Shown piece by piece: positions 1-12,059 of a stretch of DNA of 51,101 nt; position 1 is the first letter of the stretch, and each line of letters starts with the position of its first letter. Source of the DNA: Octopus bimaculoides (lineage: Eukaryota); assembly GCF_001194135.2 (NCBI RefSeq), contig NC_068982.1, positions 93,603,454 through 93,654,554 on the forward strand. The letters run 5' to 3'. The translations under genes and the position numbers were made by a program. Under the pieces are notes generated by a model. It was not told the DNA's origin. It saw nothing but the letters and a program-made list of their open reading frames with translations, and made no database searches.

Positions 1-37
<37 letters not shown>

Positions 38-62
38 TAGATACACACACACATACACATCA
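1..62. repeat. (AT)n(AG)n(AC)n compound microsatellite
   Basis: Direct read. Similar tracts at ~4955-4995, 9188-9208, 14270-14310, 22312-22346, 26201-26248 and 29367-29415. Confidence 0.95.
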
Positions 63-425
63 CAGGTATGGCTGTGCAATAAGGAGTTTGCTTCTCTGCT
101 ACATGGTTTTGAGTCCAGTCCTAGAGTATGGAATTTTGAGCAAGTATCTTCTACTATAGCTCCAGGCCAACTAAAGACTTGTGCATGGATTTGATAGATG
201 GAAAATGAAAGGAACCGGTCATATAACATATCTGTTCCTGCATCCAATGTTTGACAACTGGTGTTGGTTTGCTTACATCTTCATAACTTAGCAGTTTGGC
301 ATAAGAGACCAATAAGATAAGTATCAGACTTTAAAAAAAAAAAGTACTGGGGTTGATTTATTTGACTAAACTCTTCAGGGTGGTGCTCCAGCATGACCAC
401 AAACCAATGGATGAAACAAGTAAAT
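63..425 (+). mobile_element. SINE family A1, old decayed copy
   Basis: Colinear with A1 but CpG-free and substituted. Ends ccagcatgaccac...gatgaaacaagtaaa. Confidence 0.8.
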
Positions 426-2089
426 GACACACACACCCTAATTTACATGTAAATTAAAGCAAGGGTCTTACTGTTGAATATCCTCATTGTCAATCATTCA
501 GCTTTGAAATGAAGAATAGAAACTATTTGCAGCTGTGTACTTAAGAGGTTGGCTTTGCAACTATGTTGTCTCAGGTTCAGTTTCACTGTGTGGCATGTTG
601 AATAAGTGTCGTCTTATATAGCCCCGGGCAAACTTATGCCTTATGAGTGAAATTGATAGATGGAAACTGTATGGAAGCCCATCACATACATACATGCATG
701 CATTTGTGTGTATAACTGCATACATTCTGAGACATCTTTGCATAGATTCACTCAACAAAAAAACAATATTGTTATGTTGACAATTCTCTGTCAAGAAATA
801 GTCCTATAGCTTAGTGACTTTCAAAGACAAGCAGAATAAAATCTTTCACTGGAAAAACAAGTAAAGATTAGCAACAAGAAGAACATTTGGCTGTAAAATA
901 AAACATTTTCATTCAACCTATGCTAGCATTGAAAATTGGACATTAAATGAATAACAAACAAATGAGAATGACTATAACAAATTTTGACTTTGTTATCTTA
1001 TAGTCCTTAGCTCAACACCAAAACTTTACTGTCAAACTATTTGTGGTTTTAAACAGAGCTTATTAAATTTTTGACTGTTTAAAGCCTTTATCAACTCTTA
1101 TATTTCTGAATAAAATAGAAACAACAGTTTCTAGTTTTTCTTCAAATTTCATTACTGAACTATGTATACTGAATTCAGCTTTTCTTTATTTTACAAAAAA
1201 AAGTATTATGCAAAGAAAGATGGAGCCTAAAATATGTTCAAGCTGTCTTAACAGTGTAAGTTTAGTGCAGGTAATGAGCTGTTCAAATTGCTGAAAGGAA
1301 AACTTGAATATGTAAGTGCTCCAGAGAGCTGCAGTTCTGTAAGTTCTGGTAAGGAAAGATTGGATAAAACAGCAAGATGATAATCATTTCTTTTAAATTA
1401 CAACAGTATAGTGTATTATTGATATGGTCATTTAAAAAAGATTTTAACATTTTACTCGAGTTTTACTTTAAAAGAAAAGAAAAAGCAACAAAAACAACTG
1501 TAAAAAATAAACATCTTTTATGTTACTAATGTAAAACCATCTGTAACTAATTATAAGAGGCCTCACAAGTAAATAGCTTTAGATACAAATGGGTATTGGA
1601 TCACTAACTTATTCATCAAATATTACCTCCCACAGTTTATCTTCCTACATAGCTGTCTGTCTACTCTTGATAGCACAGTTTTACAGTGCTGCTAGTTCAC
1701 TGAGTAAAGATACAATTACAGATGTAGCGATAGATGATGAAGATAAACATTTGGCAAGATGCCATGAGGATCGAACACTTTTTGCATCATGATAATGTCT
1801 AGACTAAAAAAATCTTTCCTGGAGATTACTTTTGTTGGCATTATGCCAGAAAGCAAAGCAAATTGTTCATTTTAAATATAAGATTGCTTTCCAAAATGTA
1901 TACAAACTAGATCCCAATCACTTACAGTATATTCAACTCCAGTTTTATTCTTTACAACAAACATTACAGTTGACCAGAAGTTGTATATTCTTTCAAGATA
2001 TTAAAAAAAAAAGTGACAACCAGAGGTCATTTTTAGCTTTTACAGTATAACTTAAGTTAATTTACTGAGCTCAGATGGCATGTCAATAA

Positions 2090-2388
2090 GCATAGGGATA
2101 GCTGTGTGGTTAAGAAGTTCACATTGCAACCACACAATTTTGTGTTTAGTCCCACTGAGCCACAGGCAAGTATCTTCTACTTTAGCCCTATGCCTCATCA
2201 TCCTAACATCACATGACAGTTTTAAATGAGTGTCACCATCATACAAGCAGTGCCATTTATTTCCTATAATTTCATGTAAACAAGTGAGGCTTGACAAAAG
2301 GAAGGGCATCAGGCCACAGAAAATCTGCTTCAATAACTTCCATGTGACCTATGAAAGCATGGGAAAATGGACACTAAACTGATGAGGA
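2090..2388 (+). mobile_element. SINE family A2, decayed
   Basis: A head, then ...ggaagggcatcaggccacagaaaatctgc...agcatgggaaaatggacactaaactgatgag. Confidence 0.7.
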
Positions 2389-2406
2389 ACTTATGAATGA
2401 GTGTAT

Positions 2407-2640
2407 CATCTTTTACCTGTTTCAGTCATTGGACAGTGGCCATATTGGGGCACTGCCTTGAGGGGCTTTAGTCAAACAAATTGCACCAATACTTACTTTT
2501 TTAAGCCAAGTACTTATTCTATCAGTTCCTTTTGTCAAACTGCTAAGTATTGGAACCATAAACAAGCCAACACCAGTTTCCAAGCAGTTGTGAGAGACAA
2601 AGTCAAAGATGAATGCATGCACACACACACACAAAAGGAA
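2407..2640 (-). mobile_element. SINE family A1, 3' half
   Basis: cttttacctgtttcagtcattggacagtggccatattggggcactgcc...tacttattctatc. Confidence 0.8.
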
Positions 2641-2929
2641 TTCTATCACTGAACTGCTTCAAAAATTGTATTTTAACTGGTGATATTAGATAAAAGCCAT
2701 ATCATTATTAGGGCACTGTTTTTAAAGAGTGAATGTTATGTCAAAAATAGATTTATTTATAACTGATATCACATTTAGTAACTTAACACAATATATAAAT
2801 GAAACAAGCCATTATTCAGGTTTTAAAATATTTTCAGTTACAAAAGGTTTTGATTTTACCACAGTACCATTTTTTTATCCAGTTCTTTCTGATATCAATA
2901 AGAAATTAAAAAAGTCAAATATGATCAAC

Positions 2930-3320
2930 TGAGTAAATTTTGGCATTTATAAGTAGCCATCTTTCTCGTTTCCTGGCAAGAATGTAGTCAATCTGACTAG
3001 CGTCCCCACCAACCTGGTAGGTGAACAGGTGATTGGCAGGTTTTATGAACTTAGTATTACAGATCATAAGATCATTTGCATCACAGAACTCCAGCAACCT
3101 GGCTCCCTCCTCGTTGTGGGAAGCAAATCTGTTACCACCATGCACACCATGGGAGCTCGCTGGATGTTGTCCAACATGCCCATTGAAGTCGCCAGCCACA
3201 AAGAGAAAGTCCCTGTCATTTGTTGACGAGGTAGTCTGCAAGAGGGTGTCATAAAATCGGTTTTTCTCTTCATCAGATAGCTGAGGGACACAGGCCAAGA
3301 TAATGGTTGTTAATCCATGT
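2930..3320 (-). mobile_element. RTE-clade LINE fragment, apurinic endonuclease domain
   Basis: ORF 2915-3328 contains PQLSDEEKNRFYDTL...VAGDFNGHVG...HGVHGG...NEEGARLLEFCDANDLMICNT...SQIDYIL, the typical APE motifs of RTE/BovB-type LINEs. Confidence 0.9.
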
Positions 3321-3396
3321 TGCAGCACTAGTCTAAGCTTAAGTATTCTATCACAGACTTTCTATCGCTTCACTCCTTTTCTCTGCAGTTAAGAGA

Positions 3397-3720
3397 GTGA
3401 AGGTGTGTGGCTCAGTGGTTAGGAGTATTTGGCCCACGTATGTAAAGTCATGAGTATGATTTCCTGTGGTGCACTGTGTTCTTCAGCAAGGTACTCTACT
3501 TCACCTTGCTTCAGTCCATACAGCTGGAAAAAATGAGTTGTGGCTGTAATTCAAAGGGGACCAGCCTTGTCACATTCTGGGTGAGGCTGAATTTCCCTGA
3601 GAACTACCTTATGGTATGCATGTCTATGGAGTACTCAGCCACTTGCGCATTAATTTTATGAGCAGACTGTTCCGTTGATAAGATAAACAGGAACCTTGTC
3701 ATCGTAACCAATGAAGTGTC
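3397..3720 (+). mobile_element. SINE with different head (head 2) joined to tail B
   Basis: A box TGGCTCAGTGG and a distinct central part (cagcaagg...cagctggaaaaaatg). From about 3538 it is homologous to the family B 3' half (agttgtggctgtaattcaaagggg...gccttgtcaca). Confidence 0.75.
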
Positions 3721-4034
3721 ATTTTTTAAAAAGAGTGAAAGAAAACGAAATGTTCCATATCGTAAGGCAAAAATGTCATGTGTTTAGTATAAGCAGTGTA
3801 AGCTAAGACAAAATAATTGCTATTTCGTTGTGTAGTGACTTCGCCCTCGACACATGCTCAGTTTGATAACAGCCGCCTGTGCATCAGTGTTTATCAGCGG
3901 GCTTGGTCTCCAGGTCAATGACACTCACAAATGCTGCTGTTAGGACTGGATTAACACCCATAGTGAGATCCTAACGACTAAAAAGATTTTCCTGCCCCTA
4001 TATAAGATCCTTTTTTGTTTTATTTCAACCACTT

Positions 4035-4200
4035 GAAGGTTTATCTTGCTCCAGTCAACTCAGCTGGCCAAAATGAGTTGTAGCTGTAATTGAAAGGGGC
4101 CAGCTTTGTCATATTCTGTGTGAGGCTGAATCTCCCTGAGAGCTACATTAATGGTATGTATGTCTGTGGAGTACTCAGTCACTTGCAAGTTAATTTTATT
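4035..4200 (+). mobile_element. Partial head 2 + tail B SINE
   Basis: ttgctccagtcaactcagctggccaaaatgagttgtagctgtaattgaaaggggccagctttgtcata, homologous to about 3505-3660. Confidence 0.65.
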
Positions 4201-4948
4201 CTCGTGTGGTAATGGAAAGTGAAAGTGACATCCAATATTTGCTGTAGTTATTAACAATGTGTCTATGTATCAACTTTTCTTTCGATCTATGTATCTACTA
4301 TCTCTCTCACTTCCTCTGTGTCCCTCCTCTCTCCTGCCTTTAATTTAACAATGTGTGTACGTACCTACGTGTCAACTTTTCTTTCCATCTATGTATCTTC
4401 TTTTCTTGTGATATGATAAACATTTAAAAACACAAAACGAACATCATCACCACTCACTGTCTCCCTCACTCTCTCTCTCTTTCTCCTCTCTCCTGCTCTG
4501 CCACTCACTTTTTCTTTTGAAGTAAGTGTGAAACATGCCACAGGTATGTATGTACAAAAACAACAAGTTGGTGTATTAATATTATTGATATATATATATA
4601 TCAATAATATATACATATTATAATATATATGTCTGTATGAGTTAGAGGTTAAGAAACCATCTAAGGGATATTAAATATCTAATATACTACTGAATGTGTA
4701 CCTACGTATTTTTCACCAAGTGCTTACTATTGCATGGCAATAATGCAATTGAATACTAGCTATGGGTGGGGGTAAATTGGAAATTTACCCAGGATTTATA
4801 AGGCAAATAAGAAAATGGAGAGGATTGACAAACATCAGCCAGTAAACATTCCATTATATCTGTTTATTAAATGATAACAAATATGTGTTTAAGTAGTACA
4901 AGTAAACGAATGAGATCAGCCAATAAATATGTACACAGATATATATAT

Positions 4949-4995
<47 letters not shown>

Positions 4996-5751
4996 TGAAT
5001 GAATAATAATAGATGAGTGTACAGATACAAATACCTTACTCTAAATACTAGCCCACCATCAAGCTGTCACTTTCTCTGTCTCTGCACCTCTGAAGAATTT
5101 TAGGCCATCTTTATCTCAAGTCAATCAATGAAATGTCATCTTACTTGCATACCTCATACTTAAGTTTCTTCTCAATTTTTCTTATTCAGAATGGCAATTC
5201 ACTAGATATCCCTTCCAAATGGCAAGCCATTTCAAACTGAACAATTATCCATAGTAATCATGTCTAGATGTTCTTATTCTGTAGTCTAAGTGAACACAGG
5301 AAAGCTATGGACGTTGCTCTTTTATCACTTCTGACCAAAGATTTTTAAAGAGAAGGGACTGTCCGTGGCCCTCTTAGATTAGAGTAATTAATACTAGTAT
5401 GGTTTATCAAAAGTTATAACCAGAGTGATAATAGTTAATGCTGGGTCTTGTAAATAAGAAACTGAAAAGATGACAGGAAGAGATGCGATATGCAGCCCAG
5501 AAGACCAAGATAAGAAACTGCTCTAACAATGGTAGAAAAGTCACAAAGTGCAAATGGTGAATGATGGTTAAAAAGCAAAAAAACCTCAAGGATATGTTAT
5601 AAATAAATAAATGGAAAAGATGTTACAGATGTACAAAGTTGTTTTCTAAAGTATCATTTAACCACAGGTTTTTCAGATAAAATGATTAATTATAAGAATA
5701 ACTTGAAAATTTCAATGCACATGTGCAAATAAGAGAACAAATAGAACTTAC

Positions 5752-5861
5752 CGATCTGTTTTGAGAGTGATTTCACCGGTAGTTTTATTGTACCGATCTT
5801 TTAAAAGTCGCACCATTTTATCTTTAGCATGATAGTCAAGATTAAGGCTTGATATATTCAA
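5752..5861 (-). CDS. MRPS35: MRPS35 coding exon 6 (gene continues left; terminal exon(s) not found in window)
   Basis: Acceptor gttttccctctccAG, donor CG|GTAAGT. Encodes LNISSLNLDYHAKDKMVRLLKDRYNKTTGEITLKTD(R), versus human [37 protein letters not shown]. 110 nt, phase 0/2. Confidence 0.96.
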
Positions 5862-6419
5862 CTGGAGAGGGAAAACAAACAGAAATAGTACATGTAGAAA
5901 TTAGGATGAAAATCACACACAACACTTGTTCTTTGTTAAACAGGCCACCAAACTAATGTGATGAAATTGAACCCCTATTGATCCTGGCAATAATACACTG
6001 ATGTAGTTTCCCATTTCCAGGCCCATACCATAATTTGAACACAGCATTACAAGTCAATGGAATCTTTCTCTGACATCCAAAGATGGTATATCTCTGATCA
6101 GAAATTTTCTTTACCAGAGCTAATCTGATGCTAAACAGCAGCAACAACACTTGTTTCTAGTATCAACATATTCTTGGCCACTGATAACAATGCAACTATT
6201 AAATGGATGTAGATCATATTTTCTATCCAAATAGACAGCGGCAGTCAAAATAACGTACTCTACAAAAGCTTGAGTTCGTAATTATATCGTCGGTAGTTCA
6301 CATCCATTTATTTTCCATCTGGATATCTTTCTGTAACTGTGGAGCATGAGTCAAACATTTTGTCAGTTAGAGTTATGTACCTTAGCTAGAGAGCAGAAGA
6401 AAAGTTGCCACCATATTAC

Positions 6420-6630
6420 AGCTCAAGATTGTCTCAAGAATATGACAGAAATATGAGTGTCAAACTTGTTTGAAATAGAAGCCAAATCTCCTTCACATCA
6501 CATCCTATTGTCTTAGATAAAGAAAGAATACATTAGATAATGTTGTCTTAAATATCCTTAAAAACTGGGATGGTCATGGCTGGAATACTTCTGATAACAA
6601 GTCCACTTGATTGGGGTTAACATGTAGCAT
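6420..6630 (+). repeat. Dispersed repeat family F (other copies ~15305-15520 -, ~19110-19290 +, ~20060-20230 +, ~41480-41680 +, ~47140-47480 +)
   Basis: Shared motifs ttagaaatagcagccaaatctccctc...cac(a/c)cctactgtctta...gatggtcatggctggaat...ggggctaaacaa. The copies are decayed and the class is unclear. Confidence 0.55.
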
Positions 6631-7234
6631 ATATTCAGGTTGAGAATTGAACCTAGTAATTTGGGGTTAAAATCAAACGAAGACAAAGATAATATTTAAA
6701 CTAAGTTCAGTGGTTTCAACACTGGAGTGTAAAGACAGACAAATCAGTGGGTTGTGGTTGTAGTATCAAGATAGGAAAGAAGATGAGAAAAATATTGAAT
6801 CAAAGTAGAAGAGAAAAAAAATCTAGACAATATATAATCAAACTACATTGTGCAGAATTTTAGACAACTTTGTTTCATACGATTCTGATGAAGTGTTTCA
6901 GTAGCTTTGATAGGCAGAAATACAGTGCTGGATTTTATTGTGATATGGTTGAAATGAAGAGAAATGGTTACAAATGGGAAAATCAGGTTAATGACTTGAT
7001 TTATTAAGAAGCTTACCAGCTCAATACTTTACAACAATAGATCTAATGCATGCAAATATGAGAAACTACTCTTACAACCAATCAAATTTTCCATTGAAAG
7101 TAAGCAGCTAATTTGAAGTAACTCAAAGCCAAAATTTAAACTGAATTTATTAGAACTTACTGTTTGCATATATTGAAGTGAAAAATGATGTTATGTTAAT
7201 GAATAAAACTACTATATAAAACTGAAATTCTTAC

Positions 7235-7374
7235 CTTAAAGGTCACTACTCGGGCCCTAGCATCTCTAAGAGAAGGACCAGCAAAGCAATAATCAGATGA
7301 GGTTACTTCTACTGGAAAATGCTGCTCACATAGGCTGTCAGTACTTAAAGCTTCAGGCCAAGGAGTACAAAATT
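7235..7374 (-). CDS. MRPS35: MRPS35 coding exon 5
   Basis: Acceptor ttttcttcaAG, donor AAG|GTAAGA. Encodes (K)FCTPWPEALSTDSLCEQHFPVEVTSSDYCFAGPSLRDARARVVTFK, versus human [43 protein letters not shown]. 140 nt, phase 1/0. Confidence 0.96.
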
Positions 7375-7667
7375 CTTGAAGAAAAATGATTTCAAAAGAA
7401 GAAAAACTATAAAGAAATGAAGCAAACAACAAAGGGTGTAAGGATAACTTACAAATTATCTACATAATATCACCTTGACCACTGTTTACAAGCACTCTGA
7501 TTGACAAAGAATTGTCAATTGTCAAGTGCTTGCCCATTATGCTTTTGGAGATTATCTATTGTAGTTTACTACATATTTTTATATTTCTGGTAGAATCTGC
7601 TCAAACTCAAGTTCAAGAAAGTGACCATTTCTGTAAAACTAAGAAACACAACCTCAATCTCACAAAT

Positions 7668-8053
7668 GTTGTTGGCACTCCGTCGCTTACGACGTCGAGG
7701 GTTCCAGTTGATCTGATCAACGGAACAGTCTGCTCGTGAAATTAACATGCAAGTGGCTGAGCACTCCACAGATACGTATACCCCTAAAGTAGTTCTCGGG
7801 GGATATTCAGTGTGACACATTGTGACAAGGCTGACCCTTTGAATTACAGGCACAACTGAAACAGGAAGTAAGAGTGAGAGAAAGTTGCGGTGAAAGAGTA
7901 CAGCAGGGGTTCGCCACCATCCCCTGCCGGAGCCTCACGGAGCTTTAGGTATTTTCGCTCAATAAACACTCACAACGCCCAGTCTGGGAATCGAAACTGC
8001 GGTCCTATGACCACGAGTCCGCTGCCCTAACCACTGGGCCATTGCGCCTCCAC
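7668..8053 (-). mobile_element. tRNA-derived SINE family B (head 1 + tail B), young full-length copy
   Basis: A box TGGCCCAGTGG and B box GTTTCGATTCC, (CAA)n end, CpGs retained. Perfect 13-bp TSD caatctcacaaat at 7655-7667 and 8054-8066. Confidence 0.92.
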
Positions 8054-8634
8054 CAATCTCACAAATAAATATACAGCATTTTGTCCGTTTTCCATGCTGG
8101 TATGGGTTGGATGGATTGTCATAACTTGAGTCTGTCCCTATTTGAAGTTACTACTGTCCTAAATATGTTAGAGGACCAGGTCTTGCTGGTACATTCCATT
8201 TCATCATGGCTTCTCCATCTAAATGTCCTTCTTGATACCAACCAGATTGTACTGCATTTTATCATAGCAACAAAAGGTAGAGAGTTTGTCATCTCTGTGA
8301 CATGACTTACAAGTCCTCTTAATCCCATGTTATCTCTGTACATTAGGCAAATATTTTACAGTGTGTGCTGGGTGCATTTTATTGTTACACCAGAATTTAT
8401 GTCATTTTGTAACTTGCAAGACAAGAAAGTCCTCACAATTCTACCACCATCTTGGTTCATTTAAGGCAAAAGACTAAGGTGAATAGAAGAGGGCAATGGC
8501 AAAAGATGAACTTGGTGTGAATGCAAAGGAAGCAGAGAGAGATAGTAATGGCAGGGAGTAATGATGAAAACTATATGTTGCTGCTAAGGAAAAAAGTAGT
8601 GAAAAACCAAAGGTGGTCACTAGTAAGAGAGAGT

Positions 8635-9060
8635 GATCATCGTCGTTTAACGTCCACTTTCCATGCTAGCATGGGTTGGGCGATTTGACTGAGGACTGGT
8701 GGACCAGGTGGTGACACCAGGCTCCAATCTGATTTGGCAGAGTTTCTACAGCTGGATGCCCTTCCTAACGCCAACCACTCTGAGATTGTAGTGGGTGCTT
8801 TTATGTGCCAGTCAGGCAGTACTGGCAATGGCCACACTCAAAATGGTGTATTTTACGTGCCACCTGCACAGGAGCCAGTCCATCGGCACTGGCAACGATC
8901 TCGCTCGAATGTCTTTTCAAGTGCCACTGACACAAGTGCCAGGAAGGTGACATTGGTAACGATCAACGGCCACGTGGAAGCCAGACAGCTGCTCTGGCAA
9001 CGACCGCACTCGGACGGTGCTCTTAGTGCTCCACTGGTACAGGTGCCATCACGATTTCGC
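8635..9060 (-). mobile_element. RTE LINE 3' UTR-only copy
   Basis: Reverse complement of the UTR at 11762-12059 (gtttaacgtccactttccatgctagcatgggttgg...gagtttctacagctggatgcccttcctaacgccaaccac), with internal gtgccac/ctggcaacg subrepeats. Confidence 0.85.
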
Positions 9061-10687
9061 TTTCATGATGAATGTCAATAATGAGTAGCTTGAAGGAACA
9101 ATGAGTAGTAGTGCAGGAAAGCAATGGTTGCTGGTAAAACAGAAACAAAAGCTGGTTAATCATAGAATGGACTGAGTGATTATGATGAGAGAGAGAGAGA
9201 GAGAGAGAGTAATGCTCATAACAAGTAACCTGGGTGAGAGGGATCAATAGCTAACTGTACAGAAGGATGATGGTGGAGTGTAATGGATTCTAATTGATCC
9301 AATGCAAACCCAGATATAGATACTCAACCCAGTTGCTACATCTTCCACCATTTGAAAGTATATTTTGTCATTCTTACACAGGTAGGCAAGTCTTTTCAAT
9401 CACTTGCCCATTATAACGTCCTAGTAATTGCTTACATTAAGCTGTCCCAGACTTCTAACTTGAGTGAATTGCCATCCACAATTGCAGTTAATCTATATTT
9501 TCCCTTCTGAGCCACAGACCTCTCTCCATATCTCTAGGTAACACTATTCTTCTTGCTGTAAATACTTTCTGAAACTCACCAGTACTAAATCCCAATCACT
9601 TGGCTGTGAATGGGAATCATTAAGTTTCTATTAACAACAATACTCTTGGAGGAAGTGCCCTGACTTTTGTCTTTATTCACACTACCTTCAATCTTAACCC
9701 TCTTTGCAATATTAAATAGTGTCCACTCATGATGATCCAGATTTGGAGTGCAACAAGGTGTAAGTCAGAGGTAAACCTTTGGAACAAATATAATTCTGCT
9801 AATAATAATGCAGTGACCATTTAAAAAAAAAGTGGACTTCTTTGTTTTTGTACACAAAATACACATACATCTCATCATCACTCTTTTACACCAACTTCCA
9901 TGTTGGCATGGGTTAGCTGAGTTGCCATAGTCTGTCAGCTCTTATCTAGAGTTACTGCAAACCTCAGTGTGGTCTGGGAACAATGATCCACTCATCCATT
10001 ATATAATGGTATGCTTGCAATGACTCGATGTCTTTCCCAACACCAACCATTTTACACTGGATGCAGTCCCTCATGGAACCAACACTGAGAAGGCTGTCAC
10101 ACTCTTCACAAAACAAGACTAAAAGAGCCTTTCAATGAACCCTGCAATATCAGTACTGGCTTCCCAGTCAGTTTAATACTTTGAGTGCATGGTATTGTAA
10201 CACCAGCACTAAATGTCATGTCCTTAACAAGATGAGACTAAATAACCTTTTCAATCCTAAGACATCTCCCTTCATTTGCCAACCATTTTACAGAATGTAC
10301 TATGTGTATTTCAGAGTGGGATCAGCACTAATGAAGTTGCCCTCTACTCTACATGATAGAAAGGGCTCCTTACTGTTCTATCTTGTGTCTGTTTGTTTAA
10401 GTCAATGAGACCAATACAGTGGGTAAAAAACTGGGCAGCTGCAGAATATGAACTCATTTGGTAGCAGATACATAAAAAAAACCTACTTTTAAATTTCTCA
10501 ATGTTTCAAGTAACCAAAATATATTTTCCTTTAGTTTGTCCAGTAAAAGCTTCTAATTTCAATGGCTGAAAGTTGTCAAATTGCTTTTGAAAAGTTATTA
10601 ATCTTTTGGTATATAACAGAGCTGGTATGATTCCTGTAAGTGATTCTGTTCACTTTCCTTGTCATCTTAGGGATATTTTACTCAATA

Positions 10688-12059
10688 TATAAGCTATGGA
10701 CACATAAGAGGTGCAGCAACATCAAAGGCAGGTTAACTAGCAAGTTAGTTTTTGTTTGTGGCAGATGTTCAGGTGCAATAAAGACTGCAAACAAACAGGA
10801 AACAACTTCTATCTCATTCCAGGGTGAAAAACTAGAGGTAGTCGATAGCTTCCGCTATCTGGGCGACCAAGTTAGTAGTGGGGGTGGGTGCGCTGAAAGT
10901 GTAGCTGCTAGAATAAGAATAGCCTGGGCAAAGTTTAGAGAGCTCTTACCCCTGCTGGCGACAAAGGGACTCTCACTCAGAGTAAAAGGCAGACTGTATG
11001 ACGCATGCGTACGAACAACNNNNNNNNNNNNNNNNNNNNNNNNNNNNNNNNNNNNNNNNNNNNNNNNNNNNNNNNNNNNNNNNNNNNNNNNNNNNNNNNN
11101 NNNNNNNNNNNNNNNNNNNNNNNNNNNNNNNNNNNNNNNNNNNNNNNNNNNNNNNNNNNNNNNNNNNNNNNNNNNNNNNNNNNNNNNNNNNNNNNNNNNN
11201 NNNNNNNNNNNNNNNNNNNNNNNNNNNNNNNNNNNNNNNNNNNNNNNNNNNNNNNNNNNNNNNNNNNNNNNNNNNNNNNNNNNNNNNNNNNNNNNNNNNN
11301 NNNNNNNNNNNNNNNNNNNNNNNNNNNNNNNNNNNNNNNNNNNNNNNNNNNNNNNNNNNNNNNNNNNNNNNNNNNNNNNNNNNNNNNNNNNNNNNNNNNN
11401 NNNNNNNNNNNNNNNNNNNNNNNNNNNNNNNNNNNNNNNNNNNNNNNNNNNNNNNNNNNNNNNNNNNNNNNNNNNNNNNNNNNNNNNNNNNNNNNNNNNN
11501 NNNNNNNNNNNNNNNNNNNNNNNNNNNNNNNNNNNNNNNNNNNNNNNNNNNNNNNNNNNNNNNNNNNNNNNNNNNNNNNNNNNNNNNNNNNNNNNNNNNN
11601 NNNNNNNNNNNNNNNNNNNNNNNNNNNNNNNNNNNNNNNNNNNNNNNNNNNNNNNNNNNNNNNNNNNNNNNNNNNNNNNNNNNNNNNNNNNNNNNNNNNN
11701 NNNNNNNNNNNNNNNNNNNNNNNNNNNNNNNNNNNNNNNNNNNNNNNNNNNNNNNNNNNNNGACTGGCTCCTGTAGGATTTTCGAGCGAGATCGTTGCCA
11801 GTGCCCCTGGACTGGCTTGTGCGGGTGGCACATAAAAGACACCATTTCGAGCGTGGCCGTTTTCGTGCGGGTGACACGTAAAAGCACCCACTACACTCTC
11901 TGAGTGGTTGGCGTTAGGAAGGGCATCCAGCTGTAGAAACTCTGCCAAATCAGACTGGAGCCTGGTGTTGCCATCCGGTTTCACCAGTCCTCAGTCAAAT
12001 CGTCCAACCCATGCTAGCATGGAAAGCGGACTTTAAACGATGATGATGATGATGATGAT
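10688..12059 (+). mobile_element. 5'-truncated RTE LINE: RT C-terminal region, N gap, 3' UTR and (GAT)n tail
   Basis: KLWTHKRCSNIKGRL...LEVVDSFRYLGDQVSSGGG...RIRIAWAKFRELLPLL...KGRLYDACVR up to the gap at 11020. After the gap the UTR ends ccaacccatgctagcatggaaagcggactttaaac(gat)n. Confidence 0.92.
11020..11761. other. Assembly gap (others: 16379-16495, 26046-26200, 32407-32505, 34152-34496, 35102-35935, 38322-38420)
   Basis: Runs of N. Nearly all lie within or next to young repeats or microsatellites. Confidence 0.99.

Noticed and set aside
1040-2050. Short ORF-like stretches (1589-1792 +, 1832-2050 +, and minus-strand QQFEQLITC.../EFSIHSSVMKFEEK...)
   Set aside because: No recognisable homology, frequent stops, and no consistent splice-phase chain.
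1-5751. Search for the MRPS35 terminal exon (expected CP.R.QN.DYA.YLL..LY.ESW)
   Set aside because: No matching reading frame was found by eye on the minus strand; it is presumably left of the window.
6880-6945. CTGATGA motifs (also ~15108, ~17161, ~46501) considered as hammerhead ribozyme or C/D snoRNA cores
   Set aside because: The flanking helices and partner boxes required could not be formed.
7960-8053. tRNA-like sequences with A and B boxes (SINE heads)
   Set aside because: No complete cloverleaf or acceptor stem; they continue into SINE bodies, so they are not tRNA genes.
8734-9081. 115-aa ORF MAEFLQLDALPNANHSE... and similar LQLDALPN ORFs (e.g. 18568-18783)
   Set aside because: Antisense reading of the RTE 3' UTR repeat. 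It recurs only because the repeat recurs.
10855-11984. Long X-containing ORFs here and across the other gaps (16295-16583, 25883-26406, 32260-32631, 34076-34519, 34998-35979)
   Set aside because: Artefacts of translating N runs. Only the RTE fragment 10688-11019 is real coding-derived sequence.
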